This document shows, in pieces, positions 47,701 through 61,499 of a DNA stretch of 64,000 bases. Under the pieces are notes generated by a model, which was not told where the DNA came from, searched no databases, and saw nothing but the letters and a program-made list of their open reading frames with translations. Numbering within the stretch: position 1 is the stretch's first letter; every line of letters begins with the position of its first letter. The DNA is taken from contig NC_134468.1 in NCBI RefSeq assembly GCF_964194025.1, positions 50,034,001-50,098,000 on the forward strand. The letters are read 5' to 3'. A program made the translations under genes and the position numbers. The stretch is from Convolutriloba macropyga (Eukaryota).

Positions 47701-47979
47701 GAGGAGATTTTTTCAAGGGTTTCAGACGGCACCTGACCAAGAAGAACTGAAAATATTTTGGCTCCAGACGTCACCAGCAGAATTTCGCCCGAGGTTTTAG
47801 ACGTCACCTTTGAAGTTTCTTTCCCGGTTAGACTTGTCCAAAAAAATGCAGATTTTTCTCGACAAAAAATCTCAAAAACAAAAAATTTGTCCCCCAACAC
47901 AATTTTTGGGTTATTTAGGATACCAATTTGCAGTCACAGGTAGAGCTTAGTAAAAAGAGGGCATTAAAAGGCACATATA

Positions 47980-48800
47980 ACAAAAAAACGCAAAAAACGT
48001 TTTCTGAATCAAAAAATTCAAAAAACCTTTTCCGACGTGCGACGCAAAAAATTTATTGACTTACAAATCCGACGCTCTAATTCAGCTTGTCCAGTTGTAA
48101 CAAAAAACGCATCCAATTTTTTCCACGTTTTTGTCTCAACTGGTTCTCGAAAAGCAGAAGAACGCAAAAAAACGTTTTCTCGTTTGAAAAATTCAAAAAA
48201 CCCTTTTTCGACTTTCGACACAAAAAATTTATTGACTTACAAATCCCACGCTCTAATTCAACTTGTCCAGTTGTAACAAAAAACCCATCCAATTTTGTCC
48301 ACGCTTTTTTCACAACTGGCTCTCGAAAAGCAGAAAAACGCAAAAAAACGTTTTCTAAATTGATAAATTCGAAAAACGTTTTCCGACTTTCGACACAAAA
48401 AAAATTATTGACTTATAAATCTGAACCTCTATTTAAGCTTGTACAGTTGTAACAAAAAACGCATTCAATTATTTCCTCGATTTTGTCACAACTAGTTTTG
48501 GAAAAGCAGAAAAACGCAGAAAACGTGTTCTAAATTGCTAAATTCGAAAAACGTTTTCTGACTTTCGACAAAGAAAAATTTATGGACTTACAAGTTTGAC
48601 CCTCTAACTGGGCTTGTCTAGTTGTAAAACAAGTCGTTCATTATGTTTCTAAATTTTAGTTCTACATTATGTTTCTAAATTTTCTAAATTTTATGTTTCT
48701 AAATTCATTATTCTTCTAAATTTTATGTTTCTAAATTCAAGTCGTTCATTATGTTTCTAAATTTTAGTTCTACCTTTTGAAAAGCAGAAAAACGCGAAAA
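47980..48800. repeat. ~175-bp tandem repeats in the BEL leader (copy 2)
   Basis: Unit anchors at ~47989, 48163, 48339, 48515; extra TATGTTTCTAAATT micro-repeats at 48640-48770. Confidence 0.85.
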
Positions 48801-51800
48801 AAATTCTTTAGATTAGTACTTTCAAAAACTGTTTTTTATTTCTGATTTTTCTGATGGACTTCTCGACTTGATATCAAATTATCCTTTCAGTTCCCTTGTT
48901 GAACACACATTAAGGGGCAGTAAAAAACTATTTTGCGAAACTAAATTTTTCTCTTGCATTTTCAGCAAAAAATTCCAGGAAACGTTTCCAGAGTTAAAAA
49001 AAATGATTTTTCAGCTCTTTGAAAAAATGTTGACAGAATTACAAAAACTTGCAAATTGTCTCAATAATTTGCTTAATTGAAAATAACTCATATTATTGAC
49101 TTGTGGTATTAGCAGAACAGTGTCTCAAAAACAAGAAAAATTTGCAAAAGTTCCTAAAACAGTGAAAAAAAAATTAATTTAAACAGTTTTTAATTTTTTT
49201 TTCTTTGAAAACACAGCCCAGACACAAAAATCTGATATCTCATCTTTAAACAAAACGCTTCCACGAAGCAGAGTAAACATCTGTTTTAAACAATAGTTAT
49301 AGCAAAAACAAGAAAAATTCCAAGAGCAGTTTTTGAACAGAAAACAGACAAAACAATAGAAAAAGGACTGTTTTTCGCATAAGCAAGAGAAGGACAAATC
49401 GTTCACAACTCTTCCGTGAATTATTCGCTATCCAGAGCTGTTCTAAACGCTGTCAAAACAAAACTTTTTTCAATTAAGTCCGCGGTCTCAGAAGTCGCCG
49501 AAAGAAGTCCCTTTCCCCTTTCGGTCTCAGTAGTCACCAATTGAAGAGAAGTGTGTTCTCTTGGGTCTCAGTAGTCACCAAAGTGAAGATGAGCAAATCA
49601 TAGGTAGCAGACGATACCAAAGTGAATAAAAAACAAACAGGAGCAAATTAATGGTAGCAGTCTTCAACTTCAAAAGTAAAGAAACAGACACTTTTGGAAA
49701 AGATTCAAACTAGCGCCAGCTCTTAAACAACCAGTCTTCTCTGCGTGTCTGTACTTCACGTTACCTAGTCGCACCGCAATTTGAATTGCCATTTCGTTTC
49801 CACATACGTTGCAAATTGGACATAATTTTAATGCTTTTTGGGTTTTTGTTTGTTCTTAAGACTTAACAAAAAAGAAAGAGACCCACTTAATTTTAATTGT
49901 TTCGGTACATTTCTTGCGATTAGAAATAAATTATTGTTTCTAGAATAACGATTCAGAAACCATATATGTAATAATAAAACGAAACTTCAAAAAATATTGA
50001 AATCAATTATTTGGTCTTGTTCAACAAATCAACGGTACACACGCGCGAAAGCTTAGTATTTCCTTTTTTTTGCAGTTTTAGCTAGATTTAGCACCGCAAA
50101 AAATTCTTTTACGACTCTTGTTTTCGTAAAAAGTTGCGTCCTTATTTTTGAACGAAAAACGCTAGGCTGATTAGAGATTTTTTGATTAGAGGCATAAACA
50201 TAAGAGATTTTTTAATTAACAAAAAAGTCGTCGCTCCGTTAGGCTCCAGCCGTTTTTTACCTTTACTTTACATAAGACAGAACACTTACGAGTCAACTGC
50301 AACCTTTTCATGACAAAGATGAGAAAAGAAAAATGCCAGAAGTTACAATACGCGTTCAACAAATTCAAAATGACTGAGCTCAACGTGAAAAATCAGATAG
50401 ATGTCTTACAGGCTTCCGTTGAGCAGGGAAAAGCTTCCACACTCTTTCTTTATTGATCAACAAAATCAAAGAGAGCGTTGAAGAGCAGAAGACAAACCTC
50501 GATGGCATCATGATGGAAAAATTAGGCTCTAGTAGCAAAAACTAGTCATGAAACGTCACTCGAATTTGATCTTTCGTCTGGAGAAGTTGGAACTAGAAGT
50601 CAACAGTCTCGACGAAGATGGTCAATTGAGCCAATCATTAACTCGAGTACGCGATGACATCAGCTGCGGCTCAAAGGCATCACGAGGAAAACTCGAGTCG
50701 CAGCGATGACACCGGTTTCCCAAAACTCAGAGCAAAACAACATGACAGTAAAGAACCCTGCCAACTCCAGTGCCCCCAAGACCGGCGAAAGCATCGTTTT
50801 TCCTTCTGCAAGGAGAAAATAAACCCAAGCTCCTCTCAAAGTTCCTTTAGAGCAACAGACAATTTGCGCAGCATACTAGAGAATTGACTGAGGAATCAGT
50901 AAAAAATTTTACGACGGTTGAACACATAAATCAATCAATGTCTTTGTTAGCAGCCCCAACACCAGCATCAACCCTATTATCCAAAGCAAACATTTAGGAC
51001 AGATTTGTCTTGAGTAATCCTTAATCCCCAGCACACAACGTTATTCTCAGAGAACAAGAGAAAACTTTCAACCAGTTTGCTTCAATTCAACAACCCTCCA
51101 TTCCATTGAATCAAACTGCAGTCTTATTTCCTGTTGAATCTATTGATAAACAGTCGGAAAAAATTCACCCATCAATTGGAGAATTGAACCAGTTCTCTAG
51201 TTCAAAGTTGATGACATTGCCCGATATGCCAATGAAACAACCAGCAGCAAGTGCCACAGTTAGACAAAAGAAAAGTCTTCTGCTCCCTTGAACAACAAAA
51301 GAGACAATCAAAGCATACAACGTCTTGCATTAGATTTACAGAACTCATTTCAACAAAAATGCTCAGTTGAAAAAACCAATACATACCAAACTTCAAGTTC
51401 TAGCAATTTAAATGAGCAAATGCTTCAGTGTCAATTTCATTCAGAAAAAAAAACAAATAGAGTGACAAATGAAACCACGCCAATTCCATATTGCTACGAA
51501 AACAGTCGTCACAACCCCCAGCATTTTGACAACAATCAAATTTCAACTGCTCAAACCGTTTCAAACAACAATTTGCAGCTGTTTAAATAAGTGAAAACCA
51601 GAACAGCGGGATTTTGGCGTCAGCAATGTCGTTACCAACAGTAGCGCAAACAAATGTTTCCCAACAGTTTCAGAACCCACATTAACCAACCGGAGTTCAT
51701 TTTAGCAATGGAAATCGAACGAAAGAACCAAACGATAGAATTTTTCCCCCTCCAATACAACACTAAACAACCAAGGTACCAACCTTGTTTGCTGTACATT

Positions 51801-54800
51801 ACCACAGCCACTTAATTTTCCGCTTACGTTGGAAAATCCGTTTAGAAACAACCAAACAGCCATTCATCCCCCCATTGCTCAACTTATTAGCCAACCAAAC
51901 GTTTCGGGAAACTCGAAACAAATTCCAAATTGGTCTTATCCTGGAAAGCAACTGTTTCAGCCACGAACTGAAATACAAACAGAATCAATCACGTTTGAAA
52001 ATAAATTTAATTTACAAACCACAAACAAAAATTCCATTAAACTTCCACCAATAACAGAATCAAAGTTCAATGGAAACCCACTGAAATACCATGAGTGCAT
52101 GAACAATTGTTTCAATCTAGTCCACAATACTACTAGCCTTACGGATACACACCGTATAACATACTTACAGAACTCGGTCGTAGGAAGAGCGTAGGAAATA
52201 ATCCAAGCTTACTCGTGTGACACAGCTTACAACGCGATTGCTTTTAAAGAGCTTATGGATCACTTTGGAGATCCCAGCATTGTTGTGAATGCTTTCACCA
52301 ATCAACTGGAAGCCTGGCCTCCGAACAATGATTACAACAAACAGAATTTTGAATCTTTTACTTCTTTTCTCAAACGGTTAGTGCAAGCTTTTGAATATTT
52401 AGCTTCAAAGCTGACTTGCAAATTTCAACATGGATGAAAAAGGCAAAAGAAAACAATTCCACATAATATTTTAGATAAAATAGACAGAGTATACAATAAC
52501 ATCAATTGGTAATCAACCAACGGTCTCTGATTTTCAAAAGCGGCTTGAAGTACAGGCCCAAATGTACGACAAAATCAACAGGTAAAAAGTTCATAAACCT
52601 TTTAATAATCATAAAAATTTCGGACATCAAAAATAACATTAGCAGAACTAACAACAACACTGATAATAGGAACAAAAAGAACACGAATCAATTTTCTACT
52701 GATGCCTTAAACAATTGGAAACCAAATTCGTTGAACTCAATTCGCCATGCAAACCAAAATAGTCAACCGTCTTTTCCTCCGCGTAAAGACACTAATCAAC
52801 CTAACAGATCTTGCGAGAAATGCAAAGGAAGTCACATACTCGCTACATGCCTTGAATATCAGAAATGGAACGACCAGCGGTATTAAATTGTGAGCAAGAA
52901 CAATCTTTGCTCGAGCTGCTCAAGTAACAAACATTTTAAGCAGTCCTGTCCGTCCACATAAAGATGCCAAACATGTCAAGGTTTTCACCACATAGTTGTG
53001 CTTGATCCTTCAAAACAAATTAAGCGGCCAACAGCTGATTTCTCAACAAGCAACCCCAATCAGCAGACCCAAAATCCGACCAGCCAGCAAACCCAGTCAC
53101 TTGTTCAACAACAAAATCCTGAAACCAAAAGTACTGAAACTACCAACAGTAAAAAGAGGCAACAAACAAGATATGGTCAATCGTTTCTGCTAAGCAACAA
53201 TCGCTACAAAAGTACTGAAACAGCCAACAGTAAAAAGAGGCAGCAAACAGGATATGGTCAATCGTTTTCTGCTAAGCAACAATCGCAACAACAAAATATT
53301 CAACCTTCTCAATTGAATTCTATATCGACCAAAAATTAATCAAAACAAAATTCCTCCTCCTGAATGGTATGAACAACTACAATTTTTACCAGTTTCGTTT
53401 GTAAATGGTAGTAAAGTGTTCGATACTTATGCCTTGATTGATCCCGGCAGCCAGTTCACCTTCATGCTTGATAATTACCAGCTTTCTTGAACTTCCATGC
53501 GAAGCACAAGCAACAACAACACTGCAGTACCTCAAAACTGAACGTGAAACGCAACTAAGTAAGTGAAACAGTGACAGTAACACCGTTTGACAAAATCAAC
53601 CAAAAATTCAGTATTGCAAGATCATATAGCAGGCCATTTCTCAACGTATCACCCACTAACACTCTTGAACTCAACCAGTTATGCGACGCCTTCAAGGAAC
53701 TTAGTCAAGTTTATTTCCCTGACATAGCCAACGGTGCAATAGCCTCAGCGACAACCGTTCGTTTACCATGTCTGCCTTAAAGACATTGAAGAAGAATCAT
53801 TGGACCAATTAGTTCAAAGATTCTGGAAAATAGAAACTGAGGGTACATTACCCGAACAAAATGAAGACAACTCAGCAGACAAAAAAGCAGTGCATGCACT
53901 GGAAAACTCAATCTGTCACCACGGTGAAAGATATCAAATCCACCTTCCTTGGAAGCTTGAGAGGAAACTCGAGAACAACTACTTTTTAGCAGTGGGCCAA
54001 CTCAAATGCCCATATAAACGTCTATAAAAAGATCCAATTCTCAATCAGAAATACAACCAGACACTCCAAACAGATTTGGATAAGAATTTTGTCAAGCCAG
54101 TCGAAATGCAGGAACCATCTCCGCAGTCAATTTGATACTTACCTCATCATCCTGTCACTAATCCAAACAAACCAGAAAAATTGAGAAGAGTTGCGAACGC
54201 AGCATCAAAGTTTCGTGGTGAATCACTGAACTCAAATCTCCTATCAGGTCCTGATTTGCTCAATAACTTAGTTGGAGTTCAGTCGAGATTCAGAGAACAT
54301 CCGGTTGCTGTTTTGTCAGACATCGAAGGAATATTTATGCAGATTGCCGTGAGACAAAAAGACCAGTCTGCTCTTTGTTTCCTTTGGATGATAGACAACT
54401 CCATCCGACAATTCCAATTCACTAGATTATTCTTCGGCGCAACATGTTCACCAATTTGCGCAATTTATGTGCTCAATAAATGTGCAGAAGACAGAAAAAG
54501 TAAATTTTCAGCCACCTTGAACGCAATTAAACACCACTTTCGTATGGATGACTACATCCAGTCCCTGCCAACAATTTCAGAAGCCAAAGAAGTACAGACT
54601 GTTGTACAATACAAAAAGTTGCCTGAAAAATAGTGGCTTCTGGTTGACAAAAATTGTTTCAAACGAACCAGATGTAGTCTTCACGACAGAGACGAATCAT
54701 AAGAGTCCTTGGTCAAAAATGGAACATAACAAATGACGATTTTGTCAAGTTTCCCCTACAACAATTTCCTAAAGATGCAACAGTGTACACACAAAGAAAA

Positions 54801-57214
54801 TTATTCAGTTTGGTATCTTCAATCTTCGATATCTTCAGTCTGTTGTCTCTGACAATTAGAATCAAAATGGTTTTGCATCAGATTTGGAAAGTTGGCAGAA
54901 AATAGGATGATTTGATACCACAAGAACTACACAATGCCCACCAGAAAGTTATAAACAGCTACTTTGCCATGCCCGAAATCCGAATACCAAGAACTGTTCA
55001 CAATTTCAGCAAAATCACAAGCAGCCAACTTCATATAATTGTAGATGTCTTAATGGCAGCAATGGCAGTCGTCGCTTACCTCCCTACAACCAATAGTCAA
55101 ACCAGTCCACCACAAGCAAGTTTTCTCATGGGAAAATGAAAAGTTGCTCCCAAATAAGTGTGCCGAAAATGGAATAAGCCGCCGTTATAGGAGTGCGCCT
55201 TCTAAACTGATCCAAAAGTAAATGACAATGACATTCAGTCAAATTTTTCTTTGGTCCGACAGCCAAGTAGTGTTTGACTGGATAGCCTGAAAAAAGAAGC
55301 AAAATGTTTTTGTTTCAAACAGATTGCAAGAAATACAGAAAGTTTCCTCGCCTAAGCAATGGCATCACATCTCTACTTGTCTCAATCCTGTGGATCACGG
55401 CACTCGCGATCTTGAGACTAAAAACATTCAACAGAAATGGTTAAAGCCACCTCAATTTCTCCGCGAAAATGAGTCGTCATGGAATGAGATGAACAAACCA
55501 CGAGCAACTTGTGCTTTAGCGACAAGAAGCTCCAAGACGCTTGAACCTGTCGTCGATTCGAGCAAATTTTCCACATGGAACAAAATTCTGACAGTTTCAA
55601 CAGTGCTCAATTTTCCATATCGCGCAAATAAAATGCGAAAGAACAATCAACAGTACACAACTGAAGACATTCAATCATCAAGAAACTATCTCCTAAAATT
55701 GTCTGAGGACAATTTTTTCCACTCGGCAATTCATTGCTTACAAAGCGGAATGAAACTCGATTTCAAGTGCAAAATACGATGCCTAAATTGTTGGATGAGA
55801 ACGAATTACTCCGACCCTGTGGTCGACTGCAGTATGCACCAAAAAAACTGGATTTGGAAAAAAAACGTCCGATCAACTTGCACGCCAAGGACTAAATTTT
55901 TCGTTTGTACTTGGAACCTGCCCATCAGGTATGTATTCATCAATTCACGGAACCAACAAGAGCCTTCATACAACAACGTTACCATGTGATTGGCCTTCGC
56001 AAAGCGTTAGCAAGCATACGATTTCATTGTTTCTTATGTCGACGCTTTGACAAAAAAAACATTCAACCAATTATAGCGCCACTACCCAGTTATCGACTTC
56101 CAACAACAGCAACACATTACCCCTTTGCTAATTCTGGAGTAGATTTCTTTGGACCTTTCTACGTCAAAGGCGTTGTAGAAAAACACTATGGTCTGATCTT
56201 TACATGCATGGTGACGCGTGCAGTTCACTTAGAAACGTGTCCAGACCTAAATACAGATACGTTTCTCAATGCCTTCGGAAGATATTGCAGTCGTCGATGC
56301 CAGCCCCAACTTCTCTACAGTGACAACGGGAAAACTTTCGTTGGCGCCTCTGAAGAACTTAAGAAAACTGTTAAAGCATGGAACAATGATAGGATCTACA
56401 AAGCTTTAGCAGTAGCCAATACAACGTGGAAATTCAACCCCCCCCCATATGGCCCCCATTTTGGCGGCGTCTGGGAGCGTTTGATCCACATTGCCAAACG
56501 AACGCTTCTTCTCATTCTAGGATCCAGAAGACTCTCTTTTGACACTTTCCTAACAATGATGTTGGAAACAGAATCAATCATCAACTCCAGACCACTGGCC
56601 AACGTTGCTGAGCAGCCCGACGAGGAACCCTTGACTCCAAACCACTTTCTCATCCAGAGTACCTTCAATAGCTTGCCACCCGGACAGTTTGGAGACCAGC
56701 AACCTGCAAGCTTGAAGACTTGAAAAAATACGCAGAAGCTTATGAACCATGTATGTCGAGGCTTGGTGAAAGAATATCTGCCCACTCTTAGCACACGATC
56801 AAAATTGCCAGAGAGCAACGATCGGCCCCTCAAAGTGAACGACATGGTTTGGGTGTTTAAAGACCAAAAACCAAGAGGCATCTGGCCACTGGGAAGAGTC
56901 ATGGAAATGGAAACAACACCTGGACGAGATGGAGAAACAATAGTCGTAAAGGTAAAAACGGCTTACGGCACGTACGTTCTGGCCCCGTTTCGGGTCTCGC
57001 ACGCGTTTTTTCTCCGTAGTTTTATTTAATCGATTTTTCTCGCTCCCGTTTTAGGCAACGTGAGTTACCCCCCTTTTCCCGCAATATGAGGTATTGATGA
57101 TATTGACCAAATTACAGCTTAAAGTTTTCAGGGACATTTTTTACAAAGATGACAAAAGATTTCAACCAACTGTTGCCTCAGAAAGTCCTTGATGCCCCTT
57201 TGTGCCTTGCAGCA

Positions 57215-57361
57215 TGTTGCCAATGTTATTGCTACCTTCAAGAATATGATGATTCAGAAAAACCGCCAAAATTGCAACAACTTTGATTCTTTTGTCCAGC
57301 AACTTGAAAATTAGACGTGCTCTGATAATAAGAGAATTGACTAGAAAAATGTTTTAAAACA
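57215..57361 (+). repeat. BEL 3' LTR (147 bp)
   Basis: Matches 43440-43588; followed by the AAATA TSD. Confidence 0.9.
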
Positions 57362-59186
57362 AAATACAACAGTGTCCTTCTTGAATAGCATTAACATTGT
57401 TTGTTCAATCATTAAGATACAAACAGTCGTTAATGAGTTTGCCAATTGAAATTATATTTTTGCACATTGAAATTATTTTTGCCAATTGAAATTATATTTT
57501 TGCCATGTTGATTTTCAGTTTTGTTCAGGCACGCATCCTTAAAATGACTTTTTTTCAGATTACATGATATCATTTCGATTGCAGCTCCTAACACGTTTAT
57601 TTTTTTTACTTTTCTCAAATATATTCCTTAGTTCGACATCCCCTTGAAAATCTTCGTTAATGGTAAAGTTCTCTGCAGTTCAAATCACAAAGAACACAAA
57701 TAATCTATTCGGACAAATTTTGATTGTGCAGCCCCGTGGTATAGTTATTAAGTACAATTGCGCTTCTCAATTGATTCAACTTCTGAAATTATTTTATCTT
57801 CAAGATGACAGACCAAAGAATTTTAACTTCAGTTCTTCAATTGTAAAAAAACTAGAATACCAATACCCTCTTTGAGTGCTAAAAACCAGCTGGGCTAAAA
57901 TAATTGCTAAAAACTTGTTTAGATCAATTAAAAATTTAGGATTGATTATTCATTCAAAAAATGCATATAGGCTGGCAATTTCTTCATTTTACTTTATGCC
58001 CCGTCCCTACGTCTCCGTTTATTTTCCCTTTGCAGTGATTGACGTCTCGCCGCGACTTAATTTTGCTGCCATACTAAGATGCCCGGTTCTGGGTTCAGCA
58101 AAATTTTGTGATGCGTCAGTTTCGGTACCATTTTCAGCCGGAATTTCTGCACGGCTCAGCAGCTGAAAATCCTGGATGCGACAATTCAATCAAAATCAAG
58201 AAAATTCTCAAGAAAGAAGTCACCAAAAAGAGGCCAAATCGATCGACAAAATAGATCCATATGACCCAAAAATTTGTTAGTTTGTTTGAAAGCATTTAAA
58301 GCAGTGCAATAACAAAATTAAATTTCTACAGGATATTATATATCTTGTCACATCTAATTGATCATTACTAGTTTCTTTACAATAAATCATCCCAATATCC
58401 TCTTTGGAGAAGTATCTTCTAAGTATACATTTGATTGATTGGTTAACTGACAAAGAATTGTGCTATTAAGTTGGCAATTCCGATCACACAGATAGAGCCA
58501 TTGAGAAGGACAGACCACACTGTGAGCTTGCCCTGACTCCTCTGTCTCTGCATGATTCCCAAACACGGCAGTATTGAGACATACACGGCTCCCGAAATTG
58601 CTCCTGAGAACCTGTAACACACTTAGTGGTTTTTAAATCATGCTAAGGATCCGAGTTCGTCGCCTCACATGATCTCCACTTGGATCAATTAAAATAGTCA
58701 AATCAACTCTGATAAACATATTGCAACTGCGCTACTGCAGTTGCAATTAAAACGGCTGGAATAATAAGAAGCATGATTTAATTCATTATACGAATGCACA
58801 TCGGGATTGAACCAGAAGAAGAGATATATTTTTTTCAGAGTCAAAAAAATTCTAATTTGGCGCGCAGTTTCAGTTGGATTCTAACACTATACTTAATTCG
58901 GCTTCTAAAATGAAACCTAATCAGCTGGAGACCAATGTCAGGTAGCAAATACTCTAACGAACTTTGATAACCTAATTCTCAGTGACTTAATGACCGGGCT
59001 TTATCCCGTCTCCTTTGATTTGGATCGTTTGACTTTGACAGTATTCACCACATTGTGTAATTGAACGCGTGAAAGAATTTAAAATCCAATCAGTTGAAAC
59101 AGTGAGTGAAGTAAGGCAGAAGTCAAACGTGTATCGTCACTTATGTAAAACGAAAAACGTGACCGAAAGGTAAAGCAAATTAAAAA

Positions 59187-59708
59187 CATAGCCGGCAGAT
59201 TGCCGGAATAGCTGCGAAAGAATAGACCTGCATGCCATATAATAGAGATAGAAACAGATACAGATCTAAATTGAAAAAAAAATCGACGCCGCTCAAAAAA
59301 CTAGGCTAAAAAACATTCGGCGATAAATCAATAAAGCTTGTTAAAATTCATTCCACAGAAGCCTCTTATTAGGGACCTTTACTGCACATATGAGTTCCTT
59401 TGACCTTAAACAAATTCAAATTAAACCTAAGTTTTAAAGTGCAAAAGTCATTTTATTGAGTGAGGTAAGTCACGTATGATCAAAATCTAATCACGCAAAT
59501 AACCTAAAAACTTTCGCTAAAGCGAGTTAGAAATGACGTCACGCGCGCAAATGCCGTTAGTGAGAGGAAGAAGTCAATCAAAAAATTTGACTTTTTCAGC
59601 TTCGCTGTGTGAACAAATGTAAAACGAAAAAAGAGCGTCAGACGACGAAACAAAAAAACCAAGAGCACCGCAATATAGCTACGCTCAGCTTACAGCTTCG
59701 CAGCTATA
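59187..59708 (-). mobile_element. Non-autonomous HINE/DINE-1-like (Helentron-associated) element, copy 1
   Basis: Subterminal inverted repeats ATAGCTGCGAA (59208-59218) / TTCGCAGCTAT (59697-59707), terminal hairpin CCGGCAGATTGCCGG, A/T-run flanks; direct-repeat copy at 62941-63456. Confidence 0.65.
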
Positions 59709-60284
59709 AAAAAACATATCAGGACAAGTCCTGACGTTAAATTCAAACAATTTTCATTGAATAGACAAAAACTAGATCTAGAATGGACTATGAGTGAATT
59801 GGGAAAACCATTTCTAAGACAATTAGATCAAAAAAATTAAAAATTAAAAAAAAACAGAAAATCAATGTGAAAATGCCGCATGCGAACAAAAAACCACTAG
59901 AGAGAAATGGAAATTTGATTCAAACGAAACACTAGGCCTAGAATGAATGAATCGGGAAAACTATTTGGAAAAAAATGCGATCCAAAAAATGGAAAAAACA
60001 GCAAAAAATCAAAGTGAAATTGGCTTGCCGCATGTGAACAAAAACCATTAGCGAGAAAGCGAATTGTTGTTCAAACACCGTTTTCTCACTCTACATTAAA
60101 ATTAGAGCAAAAAAATGCACGCCGCACAACCACTCGCTTTTACGCTCCACTTCCTGTTTCGGCGTGACCAAAATCACTACTCCAATTTGACTTCAAAGGT
60201 CATGAAAATGTGTGAACAGATCTTAAAAAAAGACAGCGCCCCAATACAATTCAAATTTTTTGAAATGTAAAAAAGCGAGCGCCT

Positions 60285-60499
60285 AAATAATAGTCGTTGA
60301 GAGGCTGACGGCGATTATTAAACATAAACCGACTAGTGTCGGAAGGATTGCTCTCGTCCGACAAGCGATACAATCTAATTCAGGGGCTGTAGCTTAGATA
60401 AATTTTTCTTTATGAGTAGAAGAACAGTTGACTCCGGGATACGAACCACGGACCTAACTATCCCTAATCAGAAGCACTGCCCACTCGGCTATCGGTCCC
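60285..60499 (-). mobile_element. tRNA-derived SINE (Pol III A and B boxes in the head)
   Basis: Minus strand GGGACCGA-TAGCCGAGTGG (A box)...GGTTCGTATCC (B box). No paired acceptor stem, so not a tRNA gene. 3' end approximate. Confidence 0.6.
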
Positions 60500-61499
60500 A
60501 ACTTATGGCTATGCGGCACTCGTTTTTCTTTTCTCAACAAGCTTTACTTCGGAATGAGAACAATAATCGGAGTGATATCAGTCAAAAATGAAGAATGAAA
60601 ACGTGGAAAAGTCACTTGAGCAGTCAAAAAAAATGTTTTAGGAGAAAAGCATAAAAACGGTCAAGCGAAAAAATTTCCTTAAAAAGACTAACACGTTTAC
60701 AATAAATGCCATGAGCTTCATTCAAGAGCAATTAATGAACTTCGTTCAAGAGCAATTAAATGTAGCAGCCACAAAGTCTTTACACTCCGGTAGCCATAAA
60801 CATCAAAATTTTGGAGGATTGAAAGTCCTATCGAACAAAATATGAATGCATTGGTAAGTGTACTATTGCATGCTCAATACTCTTTCTCACCACGGATAGC
60901 AAGTTCAATTACAAGCTGTGTACGCATTAGCCGCTAATATGTTTTGAAAGGGAATATGAAAGGCAAAGATCTCTCATTAGAACTTCATTTCTGAATTGTG
61001 GCAAATAATCAATGTATTGTATTGAAAATGAAGCAATAAAGGACAAACAAACTTGTGCATAGAAACACCATTTTACCTCAATGTTTTCCTTTTGAGAAGG
61101 CTTTTGTCAGGTAAATAAAATAGAGTTAGAATGATTGATACCTTGTGACCGTTCCAATGTTGGGTATGATGAAGGCGACAATAGAGCACAGAAAGATTGA
61201 GGCCAGGTTGAGAGAAATTATCTGTGGATAGCTGAAACATTAATTCGAGAGAGTTCTCTGACATTTCTTTCGTTACTCGCGTAGAATAAGTATAACGTAT
61301 GCTTTATTCAGTCTTTCACTGATTGAAACAGTACTAGATAGGATAAATTGTTGCGATGGAACCAACCCTACATACAATTACTTTACTCAATACTCACAAA
61401 TCACAACAGAATACCTGATAAGTATCTGACGCTTATACAAACAATCGACTATCACCGCGCGCATTGTTCTCAAACGACTGGGGAGCCGTTGGCTTTGTC

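Larger units (their letters stand above)
43440..57361 (+). mobile_element. Full-length but degenerate BEL/Pao LTR retrotransposon (13.9 kb)
   Basis: LTRs 43440-43588 and 57215-57361 (TG...CA); AAATA TSD at 43435-43439 and 57362-57366; PBS-like TGGCGAC at ~43594. gag KLPPITESKFNGNP, zinc knuckles ~52810-53000, protease ALIDPGS, RT LLSGPDLL / RMDD, integrase GVDFFGP / SDNGKTF / GGVWERL. Many stops. Confidence 0.95.

Noticed and set aside
47586-48452. Several 60-120 aa ORFs
   Set aside because: They arise from tandem repeats in the BEL leader, are K/F-biased, and are not preserved in the duplicate copy.
56396-56902. 168-aa minus-strand ORF
   Set aside because: Antisense to the BEL integrase.
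57439-57505. Short TTGCCAATTGAAATTATATTT tandem repeat
   Set aside because: About three copies of a minisatellite with no associated structure.
60428-60499. Functional tRNA gene
   Set aside because: A and B boxes are present but the acceptor and anticodon stems do not pair; better explained as a SINE head.
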